Below, piece after piece: positions 37,651 through 46,519 of a DNA stretch of 64,000 bases (the first letter of the stretch is position 1; each line of letters starts with the position of its first letter). Position numbers and translations under genes: made by a program. The DNA is taken from contig CAYUPS010000003.1 in NCBI GenBank assembly GCA_964445485.1, forward strand, positions 1,528-65,527. The letters run 5' to 3'. The stretch comes from an uncultured Methanosarcinales archaeon (lineage in GTDB: Archaea; Nanobdellota; Nanobdellia; Woesearchaeales; ARS49). The notes beneath the pieces were generated by a model, which saw nothing but the letters and a program-made list of their open reading frames with translations, was not told the DNA's origin and did not search any database.

Positions 37651-38454
37651 ATGATTGTCAAGGAGGAGTTTCTGAGCAAGCTGCGCCGTGACTTCGGGCT
37701 CAACCTGTACGAAGTGAAAATCTGGGCAGCGCTCCTCTCCCGCGGCGTCGCCACAGCAGGCGAACTCTCCGACATCGCCAACGTCCCCCGCTCCCGCTCC
37801 TACGATGTGCTCGAATCCCTCGAGCGCAAAGGCTTCGTCGTCATGAAGCTCGGCAAGCCGATCAAATACCTCGCAGTCCCGCCCGCCGAAGTCCTCGAGC
37901 GCGTCAAGAAGAACATGCACGAGGAAGCAGGCGAGAGGCTCAAGCGCCTCGAGGAGCTCAAGACCACAGACGTGCTCAACGAGCTCAACCTCCTCCACTC
38001 GCAGGGCATCGAGCTCGTCGAGCCCACAGAGCTCTCCGGCTCGTTGCGCGGCAGGCACAACCTCTACTCGCACCTCGAATCCTCGATCAAGAACGCCCAG
38101 AAGAGCGTCACGCTCATGACGACCTCGCAAGGATTCTTGCGCAAGGTCGAAGCGCTCAAGCCCGTCTTCGAGAAGCTCAAGAAGAAAGGAGTATCCGTGC
38201 GCATCGCCGCCCCCCTCACCAAGGACAGCAAGGGCGCGGTCAAGGAGCTCGGCGACGTCGCCGAAGTGCGCCACACAGATTCCAAATCCCGCTTCTGCAT
38301 CGTCGACGGCAAGGACCTCGTGTTCATGGTCCTGGACGACCAGGACGTCCATCCCACCTACGACATCGGCATCTGGGTCAACACGCCCTTCTTCGCCAAC
38401 GCCCTCGAGAACCTCTTCAACGACGCGTGGAAAGGCATGAAGCCCGCGAATTGA
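37651..38454 (+). CDS. TrmB family transcriptional regulator
   Basis: FGLNLYEVK, VPRSRSYDVLESLERKG, GKPIKY; C-terminal RFCIVDGK. Confidence 0.9.
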   Translation: MIVKEEFLSKLRRDFGLNLYEVKIWAALLSRGVATAGELSDIANVPRSRSYDVLESLERKGFVVMKLGKPIKYLAVPPAEVLERVKKNMHEEAGERLKRLEELKTTDVLNELNLLHSQGIELVEPTELSGSLRGRHNLYSHLESSIKNAQKSVTLMTTSQGFLRKVEALKPVFEKLKKKGVSVRIAAPLTKDSKGAVKELGDVAEVRHTDSKSRFCIVDGKDLVFMVLDDQDVHPTYDIGIWVNTPFFANALENLFNDAWKGMKPAN

Positions 38455-38457
38455 ATC

Positions 38458-38832
38458 ATGGCACGCGACTTTCTAAGTGCGTATAATAAAGCTCTAATTG
38501 GTGGCTTCTCAAAATCTAAGAAGAAAAAAAAGCGAATAACCCTGTCTCATACGGAAAAAGCGTACATTTGGGATACACAGCCTCATATATGCAATATTTG
38601 TCATAAACGAATCTCAAAACTTTCTGATGTAGAATTTGATCACACAAGAGCATACTCTAAGGGAGGCTCTTCTGTTAAGATGACCCATCACAGTTGCAAC
38701 AGGATGAAGCACACTAAATCTCTCTCAGAAACAAGAAAACGTGTCGGGATTAAGCATAAGTCTCGCAAAAGGAAAACGCGTGCCAAACCCGCAGGCCGAT
38801 CAAATCCTCTCAATTGGGATTTTAGATTCTAA
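38458..38832 (+). CDS. HNH endonuclease-like protein (AT-rich insert)
   Basis: CNIC...EFDHTRAYSKGG...HHSCN..K; DNA markedly AT-rich relative to flanks. Confidence 0.8.
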   Translation: MARDFLSAYNKALIGGFSKSKKKKKRITLSHTEKAYIWDTQPHICNICHKRISKLSDVEFDHTRAYSKGGSSVKMTHHSCNRMKHTKSLSETRKRVGIKHKSRKRKTRAKPAGRSNPLNWDFRF

Positions 38833-38887
38833 AATATCAGCCTTCCGACGATAGCTTTTTTAATGCCTCCCTGATACGGCAAGCGCT

Positions 38888-40435
38888 ATGTCCGAGGCAG
38901 AACTGCGCAAAATCGCCGACCTCTTGCATCCCCTTGAGCGCAAGGTGCTCCCTGTTCTGAAGCAGCACAGCGGCGCCGCCGCGCTCTCCACAGCGACGGG
39001 CCTGCAGGAAGTCGAGGTCGTGCGCGCGCTCCAATGGCTCCAGAACAAGAAGCTCGCCGTGCTGCGCACAGATCTCATCGAGACAGTCGCGCTCGGCAGC
39101 AACGGCACGCAGTACGCCGCGCACGGCCTGCCGGAAGCCAGATTCCTCAAGGCCGCATCCGAGAAGGAGCAATCCGTCGACGCGATCGCCAAAGCCGCCA
39201 CGCTCTCCCAGCAGGAGGTCGGCGTGTGCCTCGGCATCCTCCGTCCCAAGAACGCCATCGCCATGCGCAAGGACGGCAGCACGCTCTACCTCAAGCTCAC
39301 CGCGGAAGGCGCGCGCCTGCGCGAGGAGCCCTCCAAAGAATCCGAACTGCTCGCGCAGCTCGCCAAAGGGCCGATGCCCGCCAAGACGCTCAGCCACGCG
39401 CAGAAACAGATCGTCGAGGCGCTGCGCCGCCGCCAAGGCATCCTCGAGACCAACGTCACGCGCAACAAGAGCGGCGAGATCACCCCGCTCGGCGAGCAAT
39501 TGCTCCGCCTCGGCATCGGCTCTGGCGACGTCATCGACCGCCTCACGCCCGCCATCATCCGCAGCGGCGAGTGGAAGACCAAGAAATTCCGTTCCTACGA
39601 CACGGCGGCCAACGTCCCTCCCGTCTGGGGCGGCAGGCTGCAGCCCTACCGCGAATTCCTCGACTCGGTCCGGCGCAAGTTCACATCGCTCGGCTTCACC
39701 GAGATGAGCGGCCCGATCGCCGAGTCGGACTTCTTCGACATGGACGCGCTCTACATGCCGCAGTTCCACTCCGCGCGCGACATCCACGAAGCGTACTACC
39801 TCAAGGAGCCCACGCACGACAAGACACTCGATCCCGCGCTCGTCCGCCGCGTCAAAGCCGCGCATGAAGACGGCGGCGACACGGGATCACGCGGATGGAA
39901 CTACGAATTCGACGTGGAGCGCACCAAGCGCCTGCTCCTTCGCACGCAGGGCACCGCGCTCTCGGCCCGCATGCTCGCGAGCAAGGACCTGCGCATCCCC
40001 GGCAAGTACTTCGGCATCACGCGCTGCTTCCGCTATGATGTCATCGACGCGACGCACCTGCCGGACTTCAACCAGACCGAAGGCATCATCGTCGAAGAAG
40101 GCCTCACGTTCCGCCACCTCATCGGCCTGCTCCGCATGCTCGCGCGCGAATTCGCAGGCACCGACAAGATCCGCGTCGTCCCCGGCTACTTCCCCTTCAC
40201 CGAGCCCTCGGCGGAACTCTTCGCGCACCACCCGCAGCTCGGATGGGTGGAGCTCGGCGGCGCGGGCATCCTCCGTCCCGAAGTCGTCAAACCGCTCCTC
40301 GGCAAGCACATCAGCGTCCTCGCGTGGGGCATGGGCATCGACCGCCTCGGCATGTTCCGGCTCGGCATCAAGGATATCCGCTCCCTCTTCTCGCATGACC
40401 TCGCGCAATTGCGCGCCGCACGGGTGATGCGCTGA
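38888..40435 (+). CDS. pheS: Phenylalanyl-tRNA synthetase alpha subunit
   Basis: HSARDIHE, LRTQGT, FNQTEG, YFPFTEPS, ELGGAG, AWGMG. Confidence 0.96.
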   Translation: MSEAELRKIADLLHPLERKVLPVLKQHSGAAALSTATGLQEVEVVRALQWLQNKKLAVLRTDLIETVALGSNGTQYAAHGLPEARFLKAASEKEQSVDAIAKAATLSQQEVGVCLGILRPKNAIAMRKDGSTLYLKLTAEGARLREEPSKESELLAQLAKGPMPAKTLSHAQKQIVEALRRRQGILETNVTRNKSGEITPLGEQLLRLGIGSGDVIDRLTPAIIRSGEWKTKKFRSYDTAANVPPVWGGRLQPYREFLDSVRRKFTSLGFTEMSGPIAESDFFDMDALYMPQFHSARDIHEAYYLKEPTHDKTLDPALVRRVKAAHEDGGDTGSRGWNYEFDVERTKRLLLRTQGTALSARMLASKDLRIPGKYFGITRCFRYDVIDATHLPDFNQTEGIIVEEGLTFRHLIGLLRMLAREFAGTDKIRVVPGYFPFTEPSAELFAHHPQLGWVELGGAGILRPEVVKPLLGKHISVLAWGMGIDRLGMFRLGIKDIRSLFSHDLAQLRAARVMR

Positions 40436-42084
40436 TGCCGACCATCACCGTCTCCCGCGCGGATCTCGAGAAGCTCGCGCGCAAGAAACTCCCTGACGAG
40501 ACGCTCAAGGAACTGCTCGAGAAGGCGAAAGCAGAGCTCGAGCGCGCGTCCGGCGATGAGGTCGTCGTGAAATTCAACGACACGAACCTGCCCTACCTAT
40601 GGAGCGCCGAAGGGCTCGCCCGCCACTTCCGCGGATCGCTTGGCATCGAGACCGGCCTCATCGACCTGCCGCTCGGCAAAGAATCCTACAAGATCACCGT
40701 CGACACGGGCGTCAAGCCCATCCGGCCGTATATCGCCAGCTTCGTCGCCAAGGGCCCCGCCCTCACCGACGCTCTCCTCGTCCAGCTCATCCAGCTGCAG
40801 GAGAAGCTCGCCGACAGCTTCGGCAGGCGCAGGCAGAAACTCTCGATCGGCCTCTATCCGAGCGCCAGGATCAAGTTCCCCATCACATACACCGCGCTCC
40901 CACCGACAGCATCGTTCATCCCGCTCGAGGCGACGAAGAAGATGTCACTGCGCGCCATCCTCGACGACCACCCGAAAGGGAAGATGCACGCGTGGATACT
41001 CAAGGAATTCACCAAGTATCCCTGCCTCGTCGATGCGGACGGCCAGATCCTCAGCATGGCGCCCGTCATCAACAGCGAGACGTGCGGCAGATTGCAGCCG
41101 GGCGACAAAGAGATGTTCTTCGACGCGACCGGCACGGATGAGAGAGCGCTCGCGCTCGCATGCGTGATCGTCGCCTACGCGCTCGCCGACCGCGGCTATA
41201 CCATCCATCCCGTCAGGATCGCGTATGGCAACAAGATCGTCACCACGCCTGACGCGACGCCCTCGGGCATCAAGCTGCCGGACAACCTCATCGCCAAGAC
41301 GCTCGGCATCGAGCTCTCCAAGTCCGAGCTCAAGCGCCTCCTCGAGCAAGCCCTCTTCGGCCTCAAGGGAGACACCGTGCAGATCCCTGCGTTCCGCCAG
41401 GATATCATGCACCCTGTCGATGTCGTCGAAGACATAGCCATCCAGCACGGCTACGATTCCGTCGCGGGCGAGCCGCTCACCACGCTCACGCGCGGCGCCA
41501 CATTCCCCCTCATGGACTTCGCAGACCAATTGCGCACGCTCTGCGCAGGTCTCGGCTTCCAGGAGATACTCAGCCCGATGCTCACCAATCCGGACTCGCT
41601 CTACGCGCGCATGCGGCTGCCAGAGAAAGCGCATGCAGATTGCGTCAAGATCGCAGAGTACATGTCGGAGTCCTACAGCGCTGTCCGCTCGTGGCTCCTG
41701 CCGACGCTCATCGAAGTGCTCTCGAAGAACCAGCACGTCGACTATCCGCAGCGCGCCTTCGAGGAAGGCCTCGTGAGCGTGCGCGTGGGCGACCGCGTCA
41801 TCGATGAGCGGCGCATCGCGCTCGTGAGCGCGCACAGCGCCGCCGATTTCACTGAGGGCAAGCAGGCGCTCGACTACCTGATGCGCGCGCTCGGCCTCGG
41901 CTACACGCTCGAAGACACAGAGCACCGCTCATTCGTGCCCGGCCGCGTCGTGAAAGTGCTGGTCGGAAAGACCGTCGTGGGCATGATGGGTGAGATGCAT
42001 CCAGAGGTTCTCACCAATTGGAAGATCGAGATGCCGACTGTCGCGCTGGAGCTGAACGTCAGCGCGCTGCTCGAACGCGAATAA
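40435..42084 (+). CDS. pheT: Phenylalanyl-tRNA synthetase beta subunit
   Basis: MPTI, DLWS-like YLWSAEG, IRPYIA, RQDIMHPVDVVEDIAI, GEMHPEVL. Confidence 0.96.
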   Translation: MPTITVSRADLEKLARKKLPDETLKELLEKAKAELERASGDEVVVKFNDTNLPYLWSAEGLARHFRGSLGIETGLIDLPLGKESYKITVDTGVKPIRPYIASFVAKGPALTDALLVQLIQLQEKLADSFGRRRQKLSIGLYPSARIKFPITYTALPPTASFIPLEATKKMSLRAILDDHPKGKMHAWILKEFTKYPCLVDADGQILSMAPVINSETCGRLQPGDKEMFFDATGTDERALALACVIVAYALADRGYTIHPVRIAYGNKIVTTPDATPSGIKLPDNLIAKTLGIELSKSELKRLLEQALFGLKGDTVQIPAFRQDIMHPVDVVEDIAIQHGYDSVAGEPLTTLTRGATFPLMDFADQLRTLCAGLGFQEILSPMLTNPDSLYARMRLPEKAHADCVKIAEYMSESYSAVRSWLLPTLIEVLSKNQHVDYPQRAFEEGLVSVRVGDRVIDERRIALVSAHSAADFTEGKQALDYLMRALGLGYTLEDTEHRSFVPGRVVKVLVGKTVVGMMGEMHPEVLTNWKIEMPTVALELNVSALLERE

Positions 42085-42102
42085 ACCCGTGTGCGCAGCG
42101 AA

Positions 42103-42483
42103 TCACTGCTTCGCAGCGTCCGCCTTCTTGGCCGCTGGCTTCTTCGCAGGAGCCTTGGGCTTCTCGGCAGATTTCGCCTCAGCGGGCTTGGCGGCCTTCG
42201 GAGCCGCAGGCTTCGCCGCGGGCTTCTGCGGCGCGGCCTTCTTCGGCTTGGTCATGCGTGTCTCCACGCCGACAGCCTTGAGGGCCTTGGCCACTTCGTC
42301 GTGGCTCGCGCCTTTCTTGACATTGACGGTCTGGGGCATCGGCACGAGGTGCATGACATTGCACTTGCGCCGGCGCGTCTCGCCGTCGATCATGACAAAA
42401 TGAGCGTCGATGCTGTCGATGACAACACAGGTCTTGCCGGCGTCGCGGCCGGTCGTCTTCATGCAGAGTCTTCCGATTTCCAT
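42103..42483 (-). CDS. rpl14e: 50S ribosomal protein L14e with Ala/Lys/Pro-rich tail
   Basis: GRLCMKTTGRDAGKTCVVI...RRRKCNVMHL. Confidence 0.93.
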   Translation of the reverse strand: MEIGRLCMKTTGRDAGKTCVVIDSIDAHFVMIDGETRRRKCNVMHLVPMPQTVNVKKGASHDEVAKALKAVGVETRMTKPKKAAPQKPAAKPAAPKAAKPAEAKSAEKPKAPAKKPAAKKADAAKQ

Positions 42484-42543
42484 CTTGAATCATCCTCCTC
42501 TATCGCTGCGGGGCGTCGCCGCATCCCGCGGGAGCGAACAATA

Positions 42544-42825
42544 TCACTGCGTCTTGGCCTTGGCCAGCGCGCGGTCGACCATCATGGAGCGCATGCAGGC
42601 GCCGCACAGGTTGCCGCCGAACGGGCGCTCGGGGCGCCTCGCGGTCTTGGGCAGCCTGCGGACCTTGTAGGGGAGGCCGTGCGGCACTCCTGCGAGGAAT
42701 TTCTCGCAGGACGCGCACTGCGCCTTGCCCGGCTTGCGCCGTCCATAGTGGAGCACGACATGTCCGCCCGGTGTCTTTGCATAGATGCGGCGGTACGTCC
42801 TCGTGCGCCTGTTGGGTGCGACCAT
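42544..42825 (-). CDS. rpl34e: 50S ribosomal protein L34e
   Basis: KTPGG, CASC, RPERPFGGNLC. Confidence 0.94.
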   Translation of the reverse strand: MVAPNRRTRTYRRIYAKTPGGHVVLHYGRRKPGKAQCASCEKFLAGVPHGLPYKVRRLPKTARRPERPFGGNLCGACMRSMMVDRALAKAKTQ

Positions 42826-42913
42826 AGTGTCGCGGAGATTTTATGGCCGTTTATAAAGGTTCTCTTCTGGCGGCGTCGTAGCTTTATAAATGACCGGCGC
42901 CTCGTCCAACCCT

Positions 42914-43741
42914 ATGCGCTGCGTCATCATCCGCTACGGCGAGATCAGCCTCAAAGGACTCAACAGGCGCACATTCGAGAACGCGCTCTGCCGGAACATC
43001 AAGGCCGCGCTCGGCCGCGCGCGTGTCCCGCACGGCGATATCATCCGGCAGTTCGGCCGCATCCTCATCGAACGCTGCGAGGACCCCGCCCCCCTCGCCA
43101 CGGTCTTCGGCATCGTCTCCTACTCCTCCGCCACCCGGTGCGAACCGACGATGGACGCGATCATCCGGACCGCGCTCCCCTTCGTCTCAGACCTCAAGGC
43201 GCCGCGCACTTTCCGAGTCACCGCGCAACGCAGCCAGAAGACCGGCCCGAGCAGCGACGACATCGCGCGCGCCGTCGGCCAGGCGATCCGCGACGCCACC
43301 GGCGCTCCCGTCAAGCTCAGAGGATTCGACGTCGAGATCGGCATCGAGATGTTCCTCGACAGCGCGTTCGTCTTCACGCAGCGCATCGACGGACCCGGCG
43401 GCCTCCCCGCAGGCACCGCGGGCAAGATACTCGCGCGCGTCGGCGACGATAGGTCGGTGACCGCGGCGCTCACCATCGCGCGCCGCGGCCCGGAGATGGT
43501 CATCATCCGGGGCGCAGAACTCTCCGACGAGAATGCCCGCACGATCAAGGCGTTCGGCTACGAGCTCCTCGAGCGCGAACCGGGCGACAAGGATATCCCT
43601 GCGGTCGTCGTCGGCCAGACCCTCGAGGAGTATTCCTCCGTCGATGAGCGCGGCCGATGCGTGCTGCGCCCCCTCATCGCGTACACTGACAGACAGATCA
43701 AGGAGGCGTTGCATGGGTTCCGCGCTGCCGCTCGCGTGTGA
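42914..43741 (+). CDS. ThiI-like THUMP protein with degenerate PP-loop domain
   Basis: IIRYGEISLKG.NR..FE, THUMP, GPGGLPAGTAGK; SGGxDS absent; remnant LRPLI. Confidence 0.82.
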   Translation: MRCVIIRYGEISLKGLNRRTFENALCRNIKAALGRARVPHGDIIRQFGRILIERCEDPAPLATVFGIVSYSSATRCEPTMDAIIRTALPFVSDLKAPRTFRVTAQRSQKTGPSSDDIARAVGQAIRDATGAPVKLRGFDVEIGIEMFLDSAFVFTQRIDGPGGLPAGTAGKILARVGDDRSVTAALTIARRGPEMVIIRGAELSDENARTIKAFGYELLEREPGDKDIPAVVVGQTLEEYSSVDERGRCVLRPLIAYTDRQIKEALHGFRAAARV

Positions 43742-44639
43742 ACGCGCGCCCGCCGAGACGGCGGAGCCTTTCGACGCAGCGTTCATCGAGTCATTCGAGC
43801 GCAACGCGCGCGAGACCATCGCGCGCTTCGGCATGATCGCTCCCGACGACAAAGTCCTTGTCGCGGTCTCCGGCGGCAAGGACAGCCTCGCCACGCTCCA
43901 CCTGCTCAAGAAATTCGGCTACACGATCGAAGCGGTCACCATCGACGTGCACATCGGCTGCTACACTGCCGAGAATCTCGCGAACGTCAAGAGGTTCTGC
44001 GCGAGCCAAGATATCAAGCTCCACGTCTTCGACTTCCGCACAGAGTACGGCGCGTCCGTGTGCTACCTCACCGATGTGCTCAAGGAGAAAGGCGAGGCGC
44101 TCGGCACGTGCACCGTGTGCGGCGTGCTGCGCAGGCGCCTCCTCAACCAGATCGTGCGCGAGTGCGGCGCGACAAAAGTCGCGACAGGCCACAATCTCGA
44201 CGACGAAGCGCAGTCGCACATCATGAACATGGTGCGCAACAGGCCTGAGCAGAGCATGCGCCTGCGCCCCGTCTCGGGCGACGCTGACGACGGGCTGACT
44301 GACCTCGTGCCGCGCATCAAGCCGCTGTGCATGACGCGCGAGCGCGATGTCGTGCGCTACACGAAGATGCTGCAGTTCCCGGTGCATTATGGGCGATGCC
44401 CGTGCTCGAAGGATTCGATGCGATCGCACGTCCGCGCGCTCATCGAGGCGTACGAAGCGGAGCATCCTGACGCGTCGAAGAACGTTCTCGAGACATTCGT
44501 CGCGCTGCAGCGGGCATGGAATCCTCCGTCGAAGAAAGATGTCAAGCAGTGCCGGAAGTGCGGGGAGCCGTCCTCAGGCGCTCTGTGCCGGGCGTGCTCG
44601 ATCGTTGCGAAGCTTGAGAGCCCTGCGCAGGGTGCGTAA
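43713..44639 (+). CDS. TtuA/NcsA/Ctu1-type tRNA 2-thiouridine synthase
   Basis: AVSGGKDS, CTVC, TGHNLDD, CPC, C-terminal CRKC..CRAC; AGGAGG SD 6 nt before ATG 43713. Confidence 0.9.
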   Translation: MGSALPLACERAPAETAEPFDAAFIESFERNARETIARFGMIAPDDKVLVAVSGGKDSLATLHLLKKFGYTIEAVTIDVHIGCYTAENLANVKRFCASQDIKLHVFDFRTEYGASVCYLTDVLKEKGEALGTCTVCGVLRRRLLNQIVRECGATKVATGHNLDDEAQSHIMNMVRNRPEQSMRLRPVSGDADDGLTDLVPRIKPLCMTRERDVVRYTKMLQFPVHYGRCPCSKDSMRSHVRALIEAYEAEHPDASKNVLETFVALQRAWNPPSKKDVKQCRKCGEPSSGALCRACSIVAKLESPAQGA

Positions 44640-45296
44640 TTCTCCGTCCTTGAGCTCGCGCACTTTTCCCGCGCCCATCCATCCTAGTTTCAGCGGGCCG
44701 ATCTGCGTGCGCAGCAGGCGCACGACGCGGTAGCCGAGCCTCTCGAAGAGGCGGCGGATCACGTGCTTGCGCCCCTCGATGACTGTCAGCGACACGAGCC
44801 TCTCGCCCGAGCGTTTCCACCGCGTGATCGCGACCTTGCGCCCGTCGATCGCGGTGTCCTTGAGCTTGTATCCGTGGAGGAACGGCTTGTCGAGCCACGC
44901 GACGTAGGATTTCTCCACTTCGTAGCGGGGGTGCGTCATGCGGTTGGCGAGCTCGCCGTCGTTGGTCAGGAGCAGTAAGCCTTCGGTGTGCTTGTCCAGC
45001 CTGCCGACGGGGAAGACCCGCTGGTCCGTCTTGACCAGGTCCATGACTGTTCGCATGCCGTGCGTCTCGGAGACGGTCGTGACGAACCCGCGTGGTTTGT
45101 GGAGGAGAAGGTAGGTTTTCTTCTCTTCTGAGATGTCCTTCCCGTCGACGGTGATGGTGTCGGTCGGCCCGGCGGTCGCGCCGATGCTGACTGTTTTTCC
45201 GTTGACAGTCACCTTGCCCTCGCGGATCAGGTCTTCGCATCGCCGCCTGCTCGCGACGCCCCGTCGGGCGAGTATCTTCTGCACGCGTTCGGCCAT
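44574..45296 (-). CDS. RsuA/RluB-family rRNA pseudouridine synthase with S4 domain
   Basis: ERVQKILA..GVASRR, HKPRG, PVGRLD (catalytic Asp), EGRKHVIRR. Confidence 0.92.
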   Translation of the reverse strand: MAERVQKILARRGVASRRRCEDLIREGKVTVNGKTVSIGATAGPTDTITVDGKDISEEKKTYLLLHKPRGFVTTVSETHGMRTVMDLVKTDQRVFPVGRLDKHTEGLLLLTNDGELANRMTHPRYEVEKSYVAWLDKPFLHGYKLKDTAIDGRKVAITRWKRSGERLVSLTVIEGRKHVIRRLFERLGYRVVRLLRTQIGPLKLGWMGAGKVRELKDGELRTLRRALKLRNDRARPAQSA

Positions 45297-45346
45297 GGCT
45301 CTCCCTACCCATAATGCTTTTAAATAGCTATCGTCTGGGCAGGTGC

Positions 45347-45955
45347 ATGCCGGAGATACTGTTTCCCGACGGGAATGAGGATGCGCTGCTCCAGCGCGCC
45401 AAGGCCCTCGGCTGGAAGGACGCGATGCTGGTCTATCAGTCATTGCGCGCCGCGAAAGAGGCGCGTGATGCGCTGCGCAACCTGCCGCTGCGCTCCACGT
45501 TCGCCGCGCTGTGCTCGCCCGAGCAGTGCGCTGCAGCGAAAGCCGCAGGCATCCTGGGCGTGCTGCGCAGCGAAGGCGACGACCGCGCCGCCATCGAGCG
45601 CGGCAAGCCCTCATTGCTCTTCGGCATGGAAGGATCGGTGAAGCGCGACTCGCCCCACCAGCGCCTCTCGGGTTTCAACCACGTGATCGCCGCTGCCGCC
45701 GCGCGCCACGGCACGGCTGTCGGTTTCGCCCTCTCATCCTATCTGTCCCTCTCCGCGAACAAGCGCCCGACGCTGCTCGGCCGCTGGATGCAGAACATCA
45801 CGGTGTGCCGCAAGGAGAAAGTGCCGATGGTCGCGGCGTCGTTCGCGTCAGCCGTCGAGGAGATCAGGGCGCCGGCGGATCTCGCGTCGTTCTTCGCCGT
45901 GCTCGGCATGGCCCGCTCAGAATTCCTCGGTGGGCATGCAGCGCTGCGCGGCTAG
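45347..45955 (+). CDS. rnp3: RNase P protein subunit Rpp30 (divergent)
   Basis: RDSPHQRLSGFNHV, LGRWMQNI..CRK.KVP, EIRAPADL. Confidence 0.78.
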   Translation: MPEILFPDGNEDALLQRAKALGWKDAMLVYQSLRAAKEARDALRNLPLRSTFAALCSPEQCAAAKAAGILGVLRSEGDDRAAIERGKPSLLFGMEGSVKRDSPHQRLSGFNHVIAAAAARHGTAVGFALSSYLSLSANKRPTLLGRWMQNITVCRKEKVPMVAASFASAVEEIRAPADLASFFAVLGMARSEFLGGHAALRG

Positions 45956-46461
45956 ATCCGCTCGGTGCCGCACACGTGCTCTGCTTCCGTGAACGCGCCG
46001 CTTGTGTCGTCGCCGATCGTCAGCTCGCATCTGCTGCGCAGCGCGGTGTCTGCTATCTGCGCGCAGCGAGCGGCGTCGCGCGTGATGAACGCTCTGCAGT
46101 ACTCCGCGCCGAAGCCGACGGCGTCGCACACCTGCGGATTGCGGCTCGCCATGGCGAAGCACCACGCGCGGTCCGTGTCATCGATGACCGACGTGCACGA
46201 GGCGGGATTGCCGCTGACCCACGCGAGGCATTTCTCCCTCTCGCCTGGCCAGAGGGCACCGCACTGGTCGGCGCTCGTGTAGTCATACGTCCTGTCGCGC
46301 ATGCTGTCGATGCATTCGCGTATGTCCGGCTTCTCGAGCGGGACTTCGACGTAGATGTACGCGTACTCGACGAAAAAGTAGTAGTATGCGCCGAACGCGG
46401 CCAGCAGCAGGAGCGCGAGGATGGCTGCGATGGTCTGCCACTTTGGGCGGCGTTTCGCCAT
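45952..46461 (-). CDS. Membrane-anchored Cys-repeat protein (169 aa)
   Basis: Basic N-terminus plus TM; repeated C-x(5-6)-N/D-x3-C units. Confidence 0.75.
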   Translation of the reverse strand: MAKRRPKWQTIAAILALLLLAAFGAYYYFFVEYAYIYVEVPLEKPDIRECIDSMRDRTYDYTSADQCGALWPGEREKCLAWVSGNPASCTSVIDDTDRAWCFAMASRNPQVCDAVGFGAEYCRAFITRDAARCAQIADTALRSRCELTIGDDTSGAFTEAEHVCGTERI

Positions 46462-46519
46462 TACCACTACTGTATATAGAAAGATATATAAAAACGTTTT
46501 CTGCACAAGAGCAGAGAGC

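Noticed and set aside
42106-42260. Ala/Lys/Pro repeats in the L14e tail
   Set aside because: Common low-complexity ribosomal protein extension, not a DNA repeat element
46421-46519. Longer N-termini given by the ORF track for several genes (e.g. 46421, 49753, 62181, 45314, 35201-36979)
   Set aside because: They cross TATA boxes or neighbouring genes; downstream ATGs give proper signal peptides or family N-termini
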